64,000 nt of DNA from Spirochaetia bacterium (GCA_963677925.2 CAXXYH010000003.1:1856001-1920000); one strand, 5' to 3'. Shown: positions 20,351 through 30,568, counted from the first letter of the stretch. Program-made: numbers and translations. Notes: generated from the sequence alone by a model not told the origin.

Positions 20351-21229
20351 TCAAGCAGTGTTATTCCTTTCGGGAGACAATAGTTCAATCAGCTTTTTTG
20401 CAGCGCTTGAAAGGTACTTCTCCTTATTCCATACTGCACCGGCTTCAAGTTCCAGCTGCTCGGCAAGGGGAATTATTGCTACTGAATCAAGCCTCTCGGC
20501 CAGATCATTGAAAAAGAAACTGACGCCCATGCTTTCTTTAACAAGCCCCTTAACAGTATCAATCTGGCTTGAAGAGAATACAACCTTAGGGGTGAAGTTC
20601 AGCTTTGTACATTCATTCATAATCAGCTGACGGGTGTAGGTATCCTCATGAAAAAGAATGAAGGGATCATTTTTTAAATCGTTTAGAGATACTTCCTTCT
20701 TATCTGCGTACCTGTGCGTTTTTGGGAGGCAGGCAACGATGTTCCCCCGGCAGATGGGCTGATGAGCAAGACATGAAGGAAGGTTTTTACTGATTATAAC
20801 TCCCAGGTCCAGCTCTCCTTTTTCGATTAGAGCCGAGACTGAAAGGGAGCCTTCCTCAATAACTTCTATCTCGACACGCGGATAATTACGCTGAAATTTA
20901 GCAAGATTTGAAGTAAACAGAACACTCATCATAGGAGTAATACCGATACGCAGACGCCCTTGAGGCTCATCCTGAAAATCAAGCATCATATTTTTTGTAT
21001 CTTCAATCAGAGAAAGGATCCGCTCGGACTGAATAAGCATCTGCCGCCCCTCTTCTGTCAGAAAAAGCCTTTTATTAATACGATGAAAAAGTTCGACGCC
21101 AAGCTCCGATTCAAGCCGCTTGATGCTGACTGTGACTGAGGGCTGCGAAACATGCAGAACCTCACAGGCCCTTGTAATATTTTCATGTCTGCAGACTTCC
21201 CGGAAATATTCCAGCTGACGAATTTCCAA
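20351..21229 (-). CDS. LysR family regulator
   Basis: EIRQLEYF...LHVSQPSVTVSIKRLESELGVELFHR. Confidence 0.95.
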   Translation of the reverse strand: MEIRQLEYFREVCRHENITRACEVLHVSQPSVTVSIKRLESELGVELFHRINKRLFLTEEGRQMLIQSERILSLIEDTKNMMLDFQDEPQGRLRIGITPMMSVLFTSNLAKFQRNYPRVEIEVIEEGSLSVSALIEKGELDLGVIISKNLPSCLAHQPICRGNIVACLPKTHRYADKKEVSLNDLKNDPFILFHEDTYTRQLIMNECTKLNFTPKVVFSSSQIDTVKGLVKESMGVSFFFNDLAERLDSVAIIPLAEQLELEAGAVWNKEKYLSSAAKKLIELLSPERNNTA

Positions 21230-21240
21230 AGATTGGCTCC

Positions 21241-21259
21241 TTATAGTTATTTCCTATAA
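21241..21259. promoter_or_regulatory. LysR recognition site between divergent lysR and ALDH
   Basis: TTATAG-N7-CTATAA palindrome containing the T-N11-A core. Confidence 0.7.
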
Positions 21260-21343
21260 TAATATAAATATTTAATATTTTACAACTATATTTATTTTCA
21301 TTATCCTATCATCAATAATGAAATTGTCAGAATGGAGGATTCA

Positions 21344-22801
21344 ATGGCTGAGAAGAGAAAATATTTGAATTATATAAATGGAGAATGGAAAGAACCCGGC
21401 ACCGGGGATTTTTACGAAAACTTCAATCCGGCGGATGATCAGGAAAGTCTGGGACTGTACCCCCTGTCCGATGTTGAGGATGTGAAAGCTGCAATAGGAA
21501 GTGCAGAGAAGGCTTTCTCTGAATGGAAGAACCTATCACCGGCAGCACGTTCTGACTACATGTCACGATTTCTTGAAGTTATGGCAGAAGACAGAGACCG
21601 CATCGGTGAGGTCGTATGCCGTGAAGCAGGTAAGATTCTGAAAGAGGCGCTTGCAGAACCGGAGAGGGGTATTGAGGAAGTAGGTTATTTTATAGGTGAA
21701 GGTCAGAGACTGGAAGGGATTACAATGCCGAGCAGCAGACCAGGTGTATCAAGCGTAGCAGTCAGGGTTCCCCTTGGAGTGGTAGCTGCAATAACACCAT
21801 GGAACTTTCCCTTCCTTACACCTCTGAGAAAAGTAATCCCGGCTCTTGTTACAGGCAACACAGTTGTTCTAAAACCCGCAAGTGCAACACCGCTATCAGG
21901 TGTCATCATTGCCGAACTGTTTGAAAAAGCCGGACTGCCCACAGGGGTTTTCAACCTGGTACTCGGCAGCGGGAAGGTTGTCGGTGATGCAATTGCTTCA
22001 GATCCGCGGGTAAAGGGAATATCATTCACCGGCTCGACGGCTGTAGGAAGAGGCATTAACACCCAGGCTGCTGCTAACTTCACAAAGATACAGCTTGAAA
22101 TGGGAGGAAAGAATCCGGCCATAGTAGCAGACTGCTTAAACCTGGAAAACGCAGCCGCCCAGATAACAAGTTCGGCCTTCGCTCTCTCAGGGCAGAGGTG
22201 TACATCTATAAGCCGGGTAATTGTAATGGAGAAAGATGCCGACAGACTCGAAGCCCTAATTGCAGATAAAATGAAAGATTATAAACTTGGAAATGGTCTT
22301 GAACCGGATGTAAGTCTTGGACCTATAATCAGCAGAAGTGCCGGCGAAAAGATAATGAATTATATCAGCGATGCGGTTGATGCAGGTGCTGAGATTAAAG
22401 CCGGAGGCCGACAGCTTGAAGGCGGCATTTTTGATAAGGGCTTTTACATCGAACCTACTCTTCTCAGCAATGTAAGCCCAGACATGGCTGCTGCCAGAGA
22501 AGAAATATTCGGTCCTGTACTTGTCACTATCCCTGTAAACTCATTTGACGAGGCCATGAAGATTGCCAATGATACCGAATACGGACTTTCAGCATCTTTA
22601 TTCACAGACTCACTCCCGCTTATAAATAAGTTTCAGAATGAAATGGAAACGGGCATGACACATACAAACCATGGAACAGTAACGGACGGCACTATGCCAT
22701 TTGGCGGTGTAAAAAATTCCGGACTCGGCCCCTTTTCGAAGGGAAAGACAAACCGTGATTTTTTCACCAATATAAGAGTTAATTATGTGAAGTATGTCTA
22801 A
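21344..22801 (+). CDS. NAD(P)-dependent aldehyde dehydrogenase (KGSADH/AldH-like)
   Basis: ITPWNFP, FTGSTAVG, LEMGGKNP, catalytic GQRCTS, EEIFGPV; GGAGGA RBS before ATG 21344. Confidence 0.95.
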   Translation: MAEKRKYLNYINGEWKEPGTGDFYENFNPADDQESLGLYPLSDVEDVKAAIGSAEKAFSEWKNLSPAARSDYMSRFLEVMAEDRDRIGEVVCREAGKILKEALAEPERGIEEVGYFIGEGQRLEGITMPSSRPGVSSVAVRVPLGVVAAITPWNFPFLTPLRKVIPALVTGNTVVLKPASATPLSGVIIAELFEKAGLPTGVFNLVLGSGKVVGDAIASDPRVKGISFTGSTAVGRGINTQAAANFTKIQLEMGGKNPAIVADCLNLENAAAQITSSAFALSGQRCTSISRVIVMEKDADRLEALIADKMKDYKLGNGLEPDVSLGPIISRSAGEKIMNYISDAVDAGAEIKAGGRQLEGGIFDKGFYIEPTLLSNVSPDMAAAREEIFGPVLVTIPVNSFDEAMKIANDTEYGLSASLFTDSLPLINKFQNEMETGMTHTNHGTVTDGTMPFGGVKNSGLGPFSKGKTNRDFFTNIRVNYVKYV

Positions 22802-22844
22802 ATAAGACAGCGTAATAATAATTGAATAACTATTCCTTTTCCAG

Positions 22845-22865
22845 TCTCCCGGGAAAACCGGGAGA
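22845..22865. terminator. Hairpin after ALDH
   Basis: TCTCCCGG-5nt-CCGGGAGA. Confidence 0.55.
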
Positions 22866-22962
22866 TATCTCAAACTGATTTTACCAATTTAAAGTTTACA
22901 ATATACCCTACCGAGAATTTTATAAACTAAAAACATAACCCCGCGTCAGGAGCTATTTTTTA

Positions 22963-23639
22963 ATGAAACCCGTTAAGTTAATCGTCTGCCTTATTACTCT
23001 TTCATTATTGTTCTCTTCGTGTGCTACTGTTAAAGATTCTAAAACTGTTATCCCGGAAGCTGTTACTGAATATATTGATATCAACGGAACCGATTTTCAA
23101 AATTATGAACTCAGCGACTGCAGCCGGTCTGACTACAATATAATCAAGCAGACTTATAATGTTTATGAACCAATCGACAGGGTATGGATGAGCTACATTA
23201 ATACCGGGCTGACGGCAGTCTTCAGCGGCGGCATAATGAATTTTGGAGTTATGTATAACCCCATAGATTACGGGCTCTATAATTCAGAAGATATTTTACC
23301 CCGTATTAAAGAAGGCCAGATATTCATTATTGAACTGACTTACCTTGGATTTTATAAAATACCGGCGGCATTCAAAGTCACTCAAATTGATTCCAAAAAG
23401 AAAATGATAGAGTTCATATACCTCAAGAATAATAAGTCCAATGGTTTCCAGCAGATATTTTTCAATACCGTAACAGACAGCCATAACAGGGCTGTAACGG
23501 CAGTCACACATGTTTCATTTTTAAAAGCAATGATGAGCTGAGAGATAAACTGCTCTACCCTCCCTTTCACGAGAAAACAATCGATGACTTTCATGAAAAT
23601 ATATTCAGGATTAACCAGTTTAGATGGAATAGAATCTGA
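22963..23639 (+). pseudogene. Hypothetical lipoprotein, apparently split by a -1 frameshift near 23520
   Basis: Lipobox LFSSC; frame 0 stops at 23541; the -1 frame continues KSNDELRDKLLYPPFHEKTIDDFHENIFRINQFRWNRI* to TGA 23637-23639. Confidence 0.6.
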
Positions 23640-23724
23640 TCCATATCCCATGTTTTAAACAATTGACAGCAGCTCCAACTTTTCCTAATATTCTTTGTCC
23701 CTAAAGAATATTTTGGAGAAATTA

Positions 23725-24165
23725 ATGAGTACAATCGCGCAGTTACAGTCCGATCCTTTTACAAACCATATATGGAAACGCCTTGATCCTGAGGTTCGAA
23801 AAAGTCTGAGTAAAGAGCAGACCATAGCAGTTCTGGAGGCAATCCACTCAGGCAGCAAGGGCCGAAAGCATACAATTGATCTGCGCGGGGTAATTCCGCT
23901 GTTCTTCAAAAAGTATTATTTCGTATTTCACTTCGGTCGTGATACCCGCCAGCAAACTCTGAATGCCGAACAGGACAGACGTCAGGCGGCAGCCCGCTTC
24001 AGTGACGCAGTTTTTATTATATTTATTGTCTCTCCCTTTATCCTGCTGGGCCTCCTGCTCCTTTATTTTTTAAAATCGGCTTTGGGAATAAATATATTCC
24101 CGAATTTTCATCTATCAGATTTATGGAACAGTCTGTTCAGATGGCTGGACGGATTTTTTAAATAG
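23725..24165 (+). CDS. Conserved hypothetical membrane protein
   Basis: GGAG RBS; HTIDLRG...YYFVFHFGRD.R, one TM, LYFLKSALGINIFP motif. Confidence 0.75.
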   Translation: MSTIAQLQSDPFTNHIWKRLDPEVRKSLSKEQTIAVLEAIHSGSKGRKHTIDLRGVIPLFFKKYYFVFHFGRDTRQQTLNAEQDRRQAAARFSDAVFIIFIVSPFILLGLLLLYFLKSALGINIFPNFHLSDLWNSLFRWLDGFFK

Positions 24166-24215
24166 CGAAAGACGGGCTGTTACATTACAAGAGTAAGAAA
24201 GTTTAATAGCAGAGA

Positions 24216-24998
24216 TTAATATAGTTTTGCATTTGCACCGCCGTCAATGAGTACTGTTTCACCATGAATCATGGAAGCCTCATCAGATGCCAGAAACATA
24301 ACAACAGAAGTCACTTCTTTCGGATACACAAAACGTCCGAGCGGTATTTTCGCCTTAACCGGAGCAGCCTTCGCCTCATCACCCCAGACCTGTGTCCCCA
24401 TCGGGGTCAGCACTACAGTGGGGGCTATTGCATTCACACGTATATTATGCGGCCCAAGTTCAACTGCCATGACCTTTGTCAAACCGTTTAGACCGAACTT
24501 GCTGGCACAGTACGCCGCATGTTCATCAATTCCGGCTATGCATGCATTACTTGAGACATTAATTATAACACCCGCTTTTCGCTCGATCATCCCCCGGCTG
24601 AATTCCCGTGCAAGAATCATCGGGGCACGCAGATTAACATTCAGGGTTGTGTCCCAGTGTTCGATATCAATGTTTTCTATACGTTCGGGAAAACTTATTC
24701 CTGCATTATTTACAAGAATATCTATGCGAGGGAATTTCCTTATAAAAAAATCGGCCATATTCAGACAATCTTCCGCTAAACAAAGATCAGCTCTGCAGGT
24801 CACACACTCACCGCCTGCCTGTACGATCTCATCAGCAACTTCTTCAAGTTCCCTTTCATTACGTCCGACTGCACCGACTACAGCTCCGGCAGAAGCAAAT
24901 GATGTAAGTATATCTCTGCCGATCCCCTTTGTAGCCCCGGTAACAACAATATATTTACCACTGAAATCGTATTTAATATTTCCCTTATTTTTCTGCAT
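24216..24998 (-). CDS. Short-chain dehydrogenase/reductase (xylulose reductase/sugar SDR-like)
   Basis: TGATKGIG, NNAG, YCASK, PTVVLTPMG. Confidence 0.95.
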   Translation of the reverse strand: MQKNKGNIKYDFSGKYIVVTGATKGIGRDILTSFASAGAVVGAVGRNERELEEVADEIVQAGGECVTCRADLCLAEDCLNMADFFIRKFPRIDILVNNAGISFPERIENIDIEHWDTTLNVNLRAPMILAREFSRGMIERKAGVIINVSSNACIAGIDEHAAYCASKFGLNGLTKVMAVELGPHNIRVNAIAPTVVLTPMGTQVWGDEAKAAPVKAKIPLGRFVYPKEVTSVVMFLASDEASMIHGETVLIDGGANAKLY

Positions 24999-25028
24999 GA
25001 TTAAATTGCCTAACCTGTTAAATAAAAT

Positions 25029-25298
25029 TCAGCCGCCTACCAGTGACGGCATAAGCCTGATAACGGTATCTTTCCCGACTTCGGTTTTTTCATTATCAAG
25101 CTTTCGGACATCCGTTCCGTCGACAAGGATAATTATCTGCCTGCTGATGGTTCCGTTCCGAAAAAGCCTGCGCTCAAACTCAGGGTAAAGCTGCGAAATA
25201 TTTTCAATTACCCGCTGAACTGTATCGCCCTTTACTTCAATATGCCTCTGAGTATTAATATATTTTTCAAGATATCCTGAGACATACACAAAGGGCAT
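25029..25298 (-). CDS. MoaD/ThiS family sulfur carrier
   Basis: Ubiquitin-like fold signature ending PSLVGG; start set at ATG 25298, directly after the AOR stop. Confidence 0.9.
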   Translation of the reverse strand: MPFVYVSGYLEKYINTQRHIEVKGDTVQRVIENISQLYPEFERRLFRNGTISRQIIILVDGTDVRKLDNEKTEVGKDTVIRLMPSLVGG

Positions 25299-25299
25299 A

Positions 25300-27138
25300 T
25301 TATATATATTCCGACAAACCAAGTTCTTTTGTTTTCTCAATTGAGGGAAGCCCGAACTCGTCCCAGCCCCTGAGCTGATAATATTCATTAAGCATTATAT
25401 TCAGGGGTGGAAGCATATCGGTACCGCCGCCGCGACGATGGTTCATCATTCTGGCCGGAAGTCTGTCATCCTTTCTGCTTATTCCCATCCTGATATTATA
25501 AAGCCTTTTAAGATTGAAAATTCGTTCTCCGGTTTTAAAAAACTCGTCGCGGTCCATATTCCAGCCGGTAACTGCATTTATAGCATCAATGAGCGGATCA
25601 ACAGTCAATCCGCCGAACAGGGCGAATTTACAGGCAACTGCAGAATCCAGCATTCCCATAAGATTCTGCATGCGGACAACGTTATCGGCCTTTCCTTCAG
25701 TGGTAAAGCGATCAGTAAGCGGCGGCGAACCCAGGTCCTTAAGAACCGCGCCTTCTTCAAAATCATGTGCGAAACCCGATAAATGACATGCCCCGCGTGC
25801 AGAGGTAGCCATACCGATTGCTGCGGTATACTTTGCCCGGCCGTCATGTGCAGGAGGTTCAAGACCTTTTACTTCAGCAGCAAACTCAGAAGCAATTCCC
25901 CCGAGTGATTCAGATGCCCGTTTTACTCCCTGTCCAAGAACCGCACCGAATAATTTATTTTCACCTATCTGCTCAAGCATGGAAATAATGGCCTCACGGC
26001 TTCCCCATTCCAGTTTAATTCCGCCGGTAACTTTTTCATTTATCAAGCCTCTTTCCCAGGCTTCCATCGCGAAGCCGAGAACGCCTCCGGCTGAAATTGT
26101 ATCAAGCCCGTAACTGTTGCAAAGTTCATTAGCTTTTAGAATTGTAGGGATATCATCATTAAGCAGATTCGCACCAAGCAGACCCATTGTTTCATACTCA
26201 GGACCTGCAACCTCTTTTCCGTCATGACGGCCGCCTGCGGCAATCACTTTTCTGCCGCATTTGATCATACAGCTTCCGCAGTTATATGTACCTGAAAGAA
26301 GAGTCTCCGAAAGTGCATAGCCGGTAGTCTTTGCGGCTCCCTCCTGCCAGCTGCCCTGATACCAGTTCTTTATGGGCAGATTTCCAAGTTCCTCCGAAGC
26401 CTGAAGTCCGTTTGCCGTTCCGGCATCCTTCATAGCCTTCATGTCGTTTTTTATAATTCCGCTCATTTTCTTTGATATATTTCTGATTTGTTCAGGACTG
26501 TCCATTTCGATCTGCTTATTGCCGTTAACGACAACAGCTTTCAGCATTTTGGAACCCATAACCGCACCGAGTCCGCATCTGCCCAGAGCTCTGCCATGAA
26601 GTCCGTCTGTAATTATACAAGATATAAGCACCTGCTTTTCACCGGCCTCACCGATCACTGCAGCTCTTGCGGTTTCTCCTTCGAGCTCTTTAAGTATCTC
26701 TGTAGTATCAAAAGTATCCTTTCCCCAAAGACCTGAAGCATCCTTGATTTCAACCTTTTCATCTGTAATATTGATGTAAACGGGTTTATCGGAAGCACCC
26801 TTCACAACAAGGGCATCATATCCGGTTCTTTTGAACTTGTTGCCCCAGTATCCTCCCGCACTTGATTCCGCATATATTCCGGTCAGCGGAGATTTACTGA
26901 CAAGATCGAACCTGTCTGAATTAAACAGGGCTGAACCGTTTAAGGGTCCCGTCGCGAAAATCAGAACATTTTCAGGCCCTAAGGGATCCGTATACGGACC
27001 TGTTTCGTCAATCAGGATTTTCGTTCCCAGACCGCATCCGCCGATATAAAGACGGGCCGCATTTTCTTCGAGTATCTCCTGACGGATTTCTCCGTCAGAT
27101 AAATTGATACGAAGAATTTTTCCCATATATCCTTTCAT
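25300..27138 (-). CDS. aor: Aldehyde:ferredoxin oxidoreductase (tungstopterin AOR family)
   Basis: GYMGKILRINLS, KSPLTG, GAVMGSKMLKA, GPEYET, GLDTISAG, GLEPPAHDGR, EYYQLRGWD. Confidence 0.95.
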   Translation of the reverse strand: MKGYMGKILRINLSDGEIRQEILEENAARLYIGGCGLGTKILIDETGPYTDPLGPENVLIFATGPLNGSALFNSDRFDLVSKSPLTGIYAESSAGGYWGNKFKRTGYDALVVKGASDKPVYINITDEKVEIKDASGLWGKDTFDTTEILKELEGETARAAVIGEAGEKQVLISCIITDGLHGRALGRCGLGAVMGSKMLKAVVVNGNKQIEMDSPEQIRNISKKMSGIIKNDMKAMKDAGTANGLQASEELGNLPIKNWYQGSWQEGAAKTTGYALSETLLSGTYNCGSCMIKCGRKVIAAGGRHDGKEVAGPEYETMGLLGANLLNDDIPTILKANELCNSYGLDTISAGGVLGFAMEAWERGLINEKVTGGIKLEWGSREAIISMLEQIGENKLFGAVLGQGVKRASESLGGIASEFAAEVKGLEPPAHDGRAKYTAAIGMATSARGACHLSGFAHDFEEGAVLKDLGSPPLTDRFTTEGKADNVVRMQNLMGMLDSAVACKFALFGGLTVDPLIDAINAVTGWNMDRDEFFKTGERIFNLKRLYNIRMGISRKDDRLPARMMNHRRGGGTDMLPPLNIMLNEYYQLRGWDEFGLPSIEKTKELGLSEYI

Positions 27139-27165
27139 TATTCTTTGTTCCCCATCAGATACAGG

Positions 27166-28332
27166 CTACATAGACTCCTGCAGGATATTAATTAAATCTT
27201 CTTTCGACAGGTCCATAGGGTCTATCTCTATCGAATCGCCCATATAGGCAATTACACCATCAGCAATCTGTTCGATATGCTTATCTTCAACACCAAGCGC
27301 AGCAAGACCCGTATCGAGTCCCAGATCATGAATCAGCATTTCAACTTCCACAACGCTGTCCTCTAGAAGATCCTGCCCCTCATTCATTTTTTCATCTCTT
27401 AGAAACATACCGATATTTTTAAACTTGTCAGGATTGGCTCTCATTGAAAAGCGCATGGTCTGGGGTGTCATGCAGGCAAGAGTTTCTCCGTGAGTAGTAC
27501 TGCATACGCCTCCGACAGAATGAGCCAGGCCGTGACAGACCGTGACCACACCGTTGGCAATACCGATACCGGCCAGAGTATTTGCATAGGCCATACCGTT
27601 TCTGGCTTCACGATCATTTCCGTCTTTGACTGCACGTCTCAAAAACTTTCCGACATGCCTGATTGCAGTTTCACACATCATATCTGTCAGCGGAGTCGCG
27701 CTTGTGCTTGTATAAGCTTCTATTGCATGCGCAAGAGTATCAAATCCGGTTGATGCAGTAATTTTAGGCGGCATTGAAACCATTAATTCAGGATCTACGA
27801 CTGCAATTTTTGCAAAAGTATAATCACAGCCTATTCCCGGCTTCTGCTTGGTTTCGGAATTGGTTATTACCGCCCACTGTGTGGCTTCACTTCCGGTTCC
27901 CGATGTTGTGGTTATCGCAATAATCGGCATAGTCTTTTCAGTTATCTCTTTAACCTCATCACCTACACAGAAATCCCAGATAGGAGCATCATGTCCGCAG
28001 GCAACAGCCATACCCTTAGCTGCATCTATAGCGGAGCCGCCGCCGAGCCCGATAAACATCTCGCAGCCTTCTTTCTTTGCAAGTGCAGCACCCTCATCAA
28101 TTTCCGTATTCAGAGGGTTCGGACTGACATCCGGAAAATAAACGGAATCCATACCGCTTTCGGTTAGAACATTCTTTAGTCTTGAAACAAGGCCGGTTTC
28201 CTCAAAAAATCTACCGGTTGTAACAATCAGAGCCTTTTTACCCCATTGCGATGCATACTCTCCGGTTTTATTAAGCGAACCCTCACCAAAGACCAGTTTA
28301 ACGGGATCGTAATACATAAAATCTTTTACCAT
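27166..28332 (-). CDS. Iron-containing alcohol dehydrogenase
   Basis: GGGSAIDAAK, TTSGTGSE, DTLAHAIEAY, HGLAH, HG. Confidence 0.95.
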   Translation of the reverse strand: MVKDFMYYDPVKLVFGEGSLNKTGEYASQWGKKALIVTTGRFFEETGLVSRLKNVLTESGMDSVYFPDVSPNPLNTEIDEGAALAKKEGCEMFIGLGGGSAIDAAKGMAVACGHDAPIWDFCVGDEVKEITEKTMPIIAITTTSGTGSEATQWAVITNSETKQKPGIGCDYTFAKIAVVDPELMVSMPPKITASTGFDTLAHAIEAYTSTSATPLTDMMCETAIRHVGKFLRRAVKDGNDREARNGMAYANTLAGIGIANGVVTVCHGLAHSVGGVCSTTHGETLACMTPQTMRFSMRANPDKFKNIGMFLRDEKMNEGQDLLEDSVVEVEMLIHDLGLDTGLAALGVEDKHIEQIADGVIAYMGDSIEIDPMDLSKEDLINILQESM

Positions 28333-28350
28333 TTTCTCTTCCTTGAGTAA

Positions 28351-28378
28351 TTTTTACATATGAAAAAATATTTGTCAA
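28351..28378 (-). promoter_or_regulatory. Putative operator and -35 element of the adh-aor-moaD-sdr operon
   Basis: Imperfect palindrome TTTTTACATATGAAAAAA (28351-28368) next to a minus-strand TTGACA (28378-28373); -10 is weak. Confidence 0.45.
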
Positions 28379-28445
28379 ATAAAATTTCATATAATAAAAA
28401 TGTTTTGATATTGAAAATTATAAAGATTTTATTATTCTGTGATTT

Positions 28446-29219
28446 TCACTTATCGAAATATCCGAAAGACCTTGAAACACTGAAAGCCGACTGCTTCAGA
28501 CGTTCCGCAGCCTTATCAAGATTTTTATCATTCAGACGTGAAGACGGACCGGTCACCCATAATGCAGCAACAGGGTAGCCGTAACTGTTAAGAACAGGAC
28601 ATCCGACACACCTGACTCCTTCATCAGATTCTTCCATATCATATGATATCCAGGTCCTGCTGATACTCTCAAGTTCCTCAAGCAGCCCTTTCTCAGTCGT
28701 GATTGTTGTTGAGGTATATTTAGTGTATTTATAATCTTTCAGCAGCTCAGTCTTTTCGTTCTCAGGCAGGAAAGCCAGGAAAGCCTTCCCCGGTGCCGTA
28801 TTATGCAGGCCGAATCGGTGCCCTATTTCTACAATAACCTTCATCGGATAGAGTCCGGGAATCTGTTCAAGAACCACTCCCATCCCATCGGAAAGCGTAC
28901 CCAGAATTACAGTTTCTTTTGTTTCATTTCTAAGTTCACGCATTTCAGGAATTATTTTTTCAAGCAGGCCGTCTTCTGCTATTGCCTTTGCACCAAGAGA
29001 AAACAGCAGACTGCTCACTTCATACCGTTTGTATTTCTGTGTTATATACCCTCTGGCCGACAGGGTTTTGCATATCCTGAAGACTGAATTAGTAGGAATT
29101 TTCATGGCATCTACAATTTCAGAGATAGTTTTTCCTTCAGGTTCATTTGCCAGGAATTCCAGCAAATCCAGAGCTCTCCATAAATTAGGAATTATATATC
29201 GGTCTTCTGCATCTTTCAT
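28446..29219 (-). CDS. IclR family regulator
   Basis: RALDLLEFL HTH; LHNTAPGKAFLAF; EESDEGVRCVG. Confidence 0.95.
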   Translation of the reverse strand: MKDAEDRYIIPNLWRALDLLEFLANEPEGKTISEIVDAMKIPTNSVFRICKTLSARGYITQKYKRYEVSSLLFSLGAKAIAEDGLLEKIIPEMRELRNETKETVILGTLSDGMGVVLEQIPGLYPMKVIVEIGHRFGLHNTAPGKAFLAFLPENEKTELLKDYKYTKYTSTTITTEKGLLEELESISRTWISYDMEESDEGVRCVGCPVLNSYGYPVAALWVTGPSSRLNDKNLDKAAERLKQSAFSVSRSFGYFDK

Positions 29220-29311
29220 ATAGAATAAAGCTTATCAGAATAAATTCGGTCAGTATACTGTATATATACCAAATATTTTTTTATATGACAAATTTATAGT
29301 ATACTATTAAT

Positions 29312-30568
29312 ATGAAATTCGTTTTATTTTCCATTGGAACAAGAGGCGATATTGAACCCTTTCTTGCTGTTGCCGAATTATTGAAAAATGAAGGGCACCG
29401 GGTAATATGCTCATTTCCTGCACAGTTTAAAAACCTTGCAGACGAGGCCGAAATTGAGTTCTTTCCATTAAGCAAAGAATTCCTGGAGCTGGTTGATGGT
29501 GATGATGCAAAGATGGCCATGGGTGGGAAAATTTCTTTTCTGAAGAAACTGGGTGCATATATCCGTCTTTATAAACTCTCGGAAAATGTAAATAAGGATC
29601 TTGTGCTTCAGCAGGAAGAATTAGTTGCAATAGAAAATCCTGATAAGATCATATACGGCGGAAAGGCGATTTATCCGGTTCTGTGGGGCATAAAAAATCC
29701 CGGACGGGCAGTCTTCCTAAGTCCAGTCCCCTACCTGACACTCTACACAAAGGAACATCCTCATATCGGCTTTAAGGGCAATCATGGTCCGATGTTTAAT
29801 AAATTTACCTATGCCATTGCAAATTACGGTTTAATAAAACATATTGTTTCAACCTCAAATCGGGCAGGAATAAAAATTCAGGCTGGAGGAAAGGCAATAA
29901 AAAAGGAGCTGCAGACAAGGAATGCCATGTATATGCTTTCTTCAGCAATTTTCCCTCGTCCCGATTACTGGCCGCCGGAGGCAAAAGTTCTGGGCTACCG
30001 GGAAAGAAACAAGAAGCAAAACTGGAATCCCGGGGAAGAACTTACAGCCTTTCTTCAAAATCATACAAAGGTTCTTCTAATCACCTTCGGGAGTATGACT
30101 AATCCGGACCCCGAGGAGAAATCGTCAATAATTATTAGAATCCTCCAGAAACATAACATTCCTGCAATTATAAACACTTCATCCGGAGGTCTTATAAAAC
30201 CTGCAGACTATGACAGTAAACTCATACATTTTGTTGAAAACATCCCCTATGACTGGATCTTCCCGAGAGTATACGGTGTTATTCACCATGGGGGTTCAGG
30301 AACTACCCAGACTGCGTTGAAATACGGCTGTGCTTCCATGATAATTCCGCATATTATTGACCAGTTTCTGTGGAATGATTTTGTGAGTGAATCAGGAGCC
30401 GGACCGTCCGGCCCCCCGATAAACAAACTGACTGAAAAGAATTTCGAAGAAGGACTGCTGGCTCTCTATAAAGACGAATCCTATAAAAAGACAGCCACGG
30501 AATTAGGCAAAAAAATCAGAGCTGAAAACCGTGATGCTGAATTAATGGAGCTGCTAACCGGCAGCTGA
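29312..30568 (+). CDS. GT1-family glycosyltransferase (sterol/lipid glucosyltransferase-like)
   Basis: IGTRGDIEPF; IHHGGSGTT; PHIIDQFLW. Confidence 0.92.
   Translation: MKFVLFSIGTRGDIEPFLAVAELLKNEGHRVICSFPAQFKNLADEAEIEFFPLSKEFLELVDGDDAKMAMGGKISFLKKLGAYIRLYKLSENVNKDLVLQQEELVAIENPDKIIYGGKAIYPVLWGIKNPGRAVFLSPVPYLTLYTKEHPHIGFKGNHGPMFNKFTYAIANYGLIKHIVSTSNRAGIKIQAGGKAIKKELQTRNAMYMLSSAIFPRPDYWPPEAKVLGYRERNKKQNWNPGEELTAFLQNHTKVLLITFGSMTNPDPEEKSSIIIRILQKHNIPAIINTSSGGLIKPADYDSKLIHFVENIPYDWIFPRVYGVIHHGGSGTTQTALKYGCASMIIPHIIDQFLWNDFVSESGAGPSGPPINKLTEKNFEEGLLALYKDESYKKTATELGKKIRAENRDAELMELLTGS

Noticed and set aside
24271-25188. 305-aa antisense ORF over the SDR and moaD genes
   Set aside because: Shadow of the SDR codon pattern (long antisense ORFs are well known for SDRs); no RBS and no motifs
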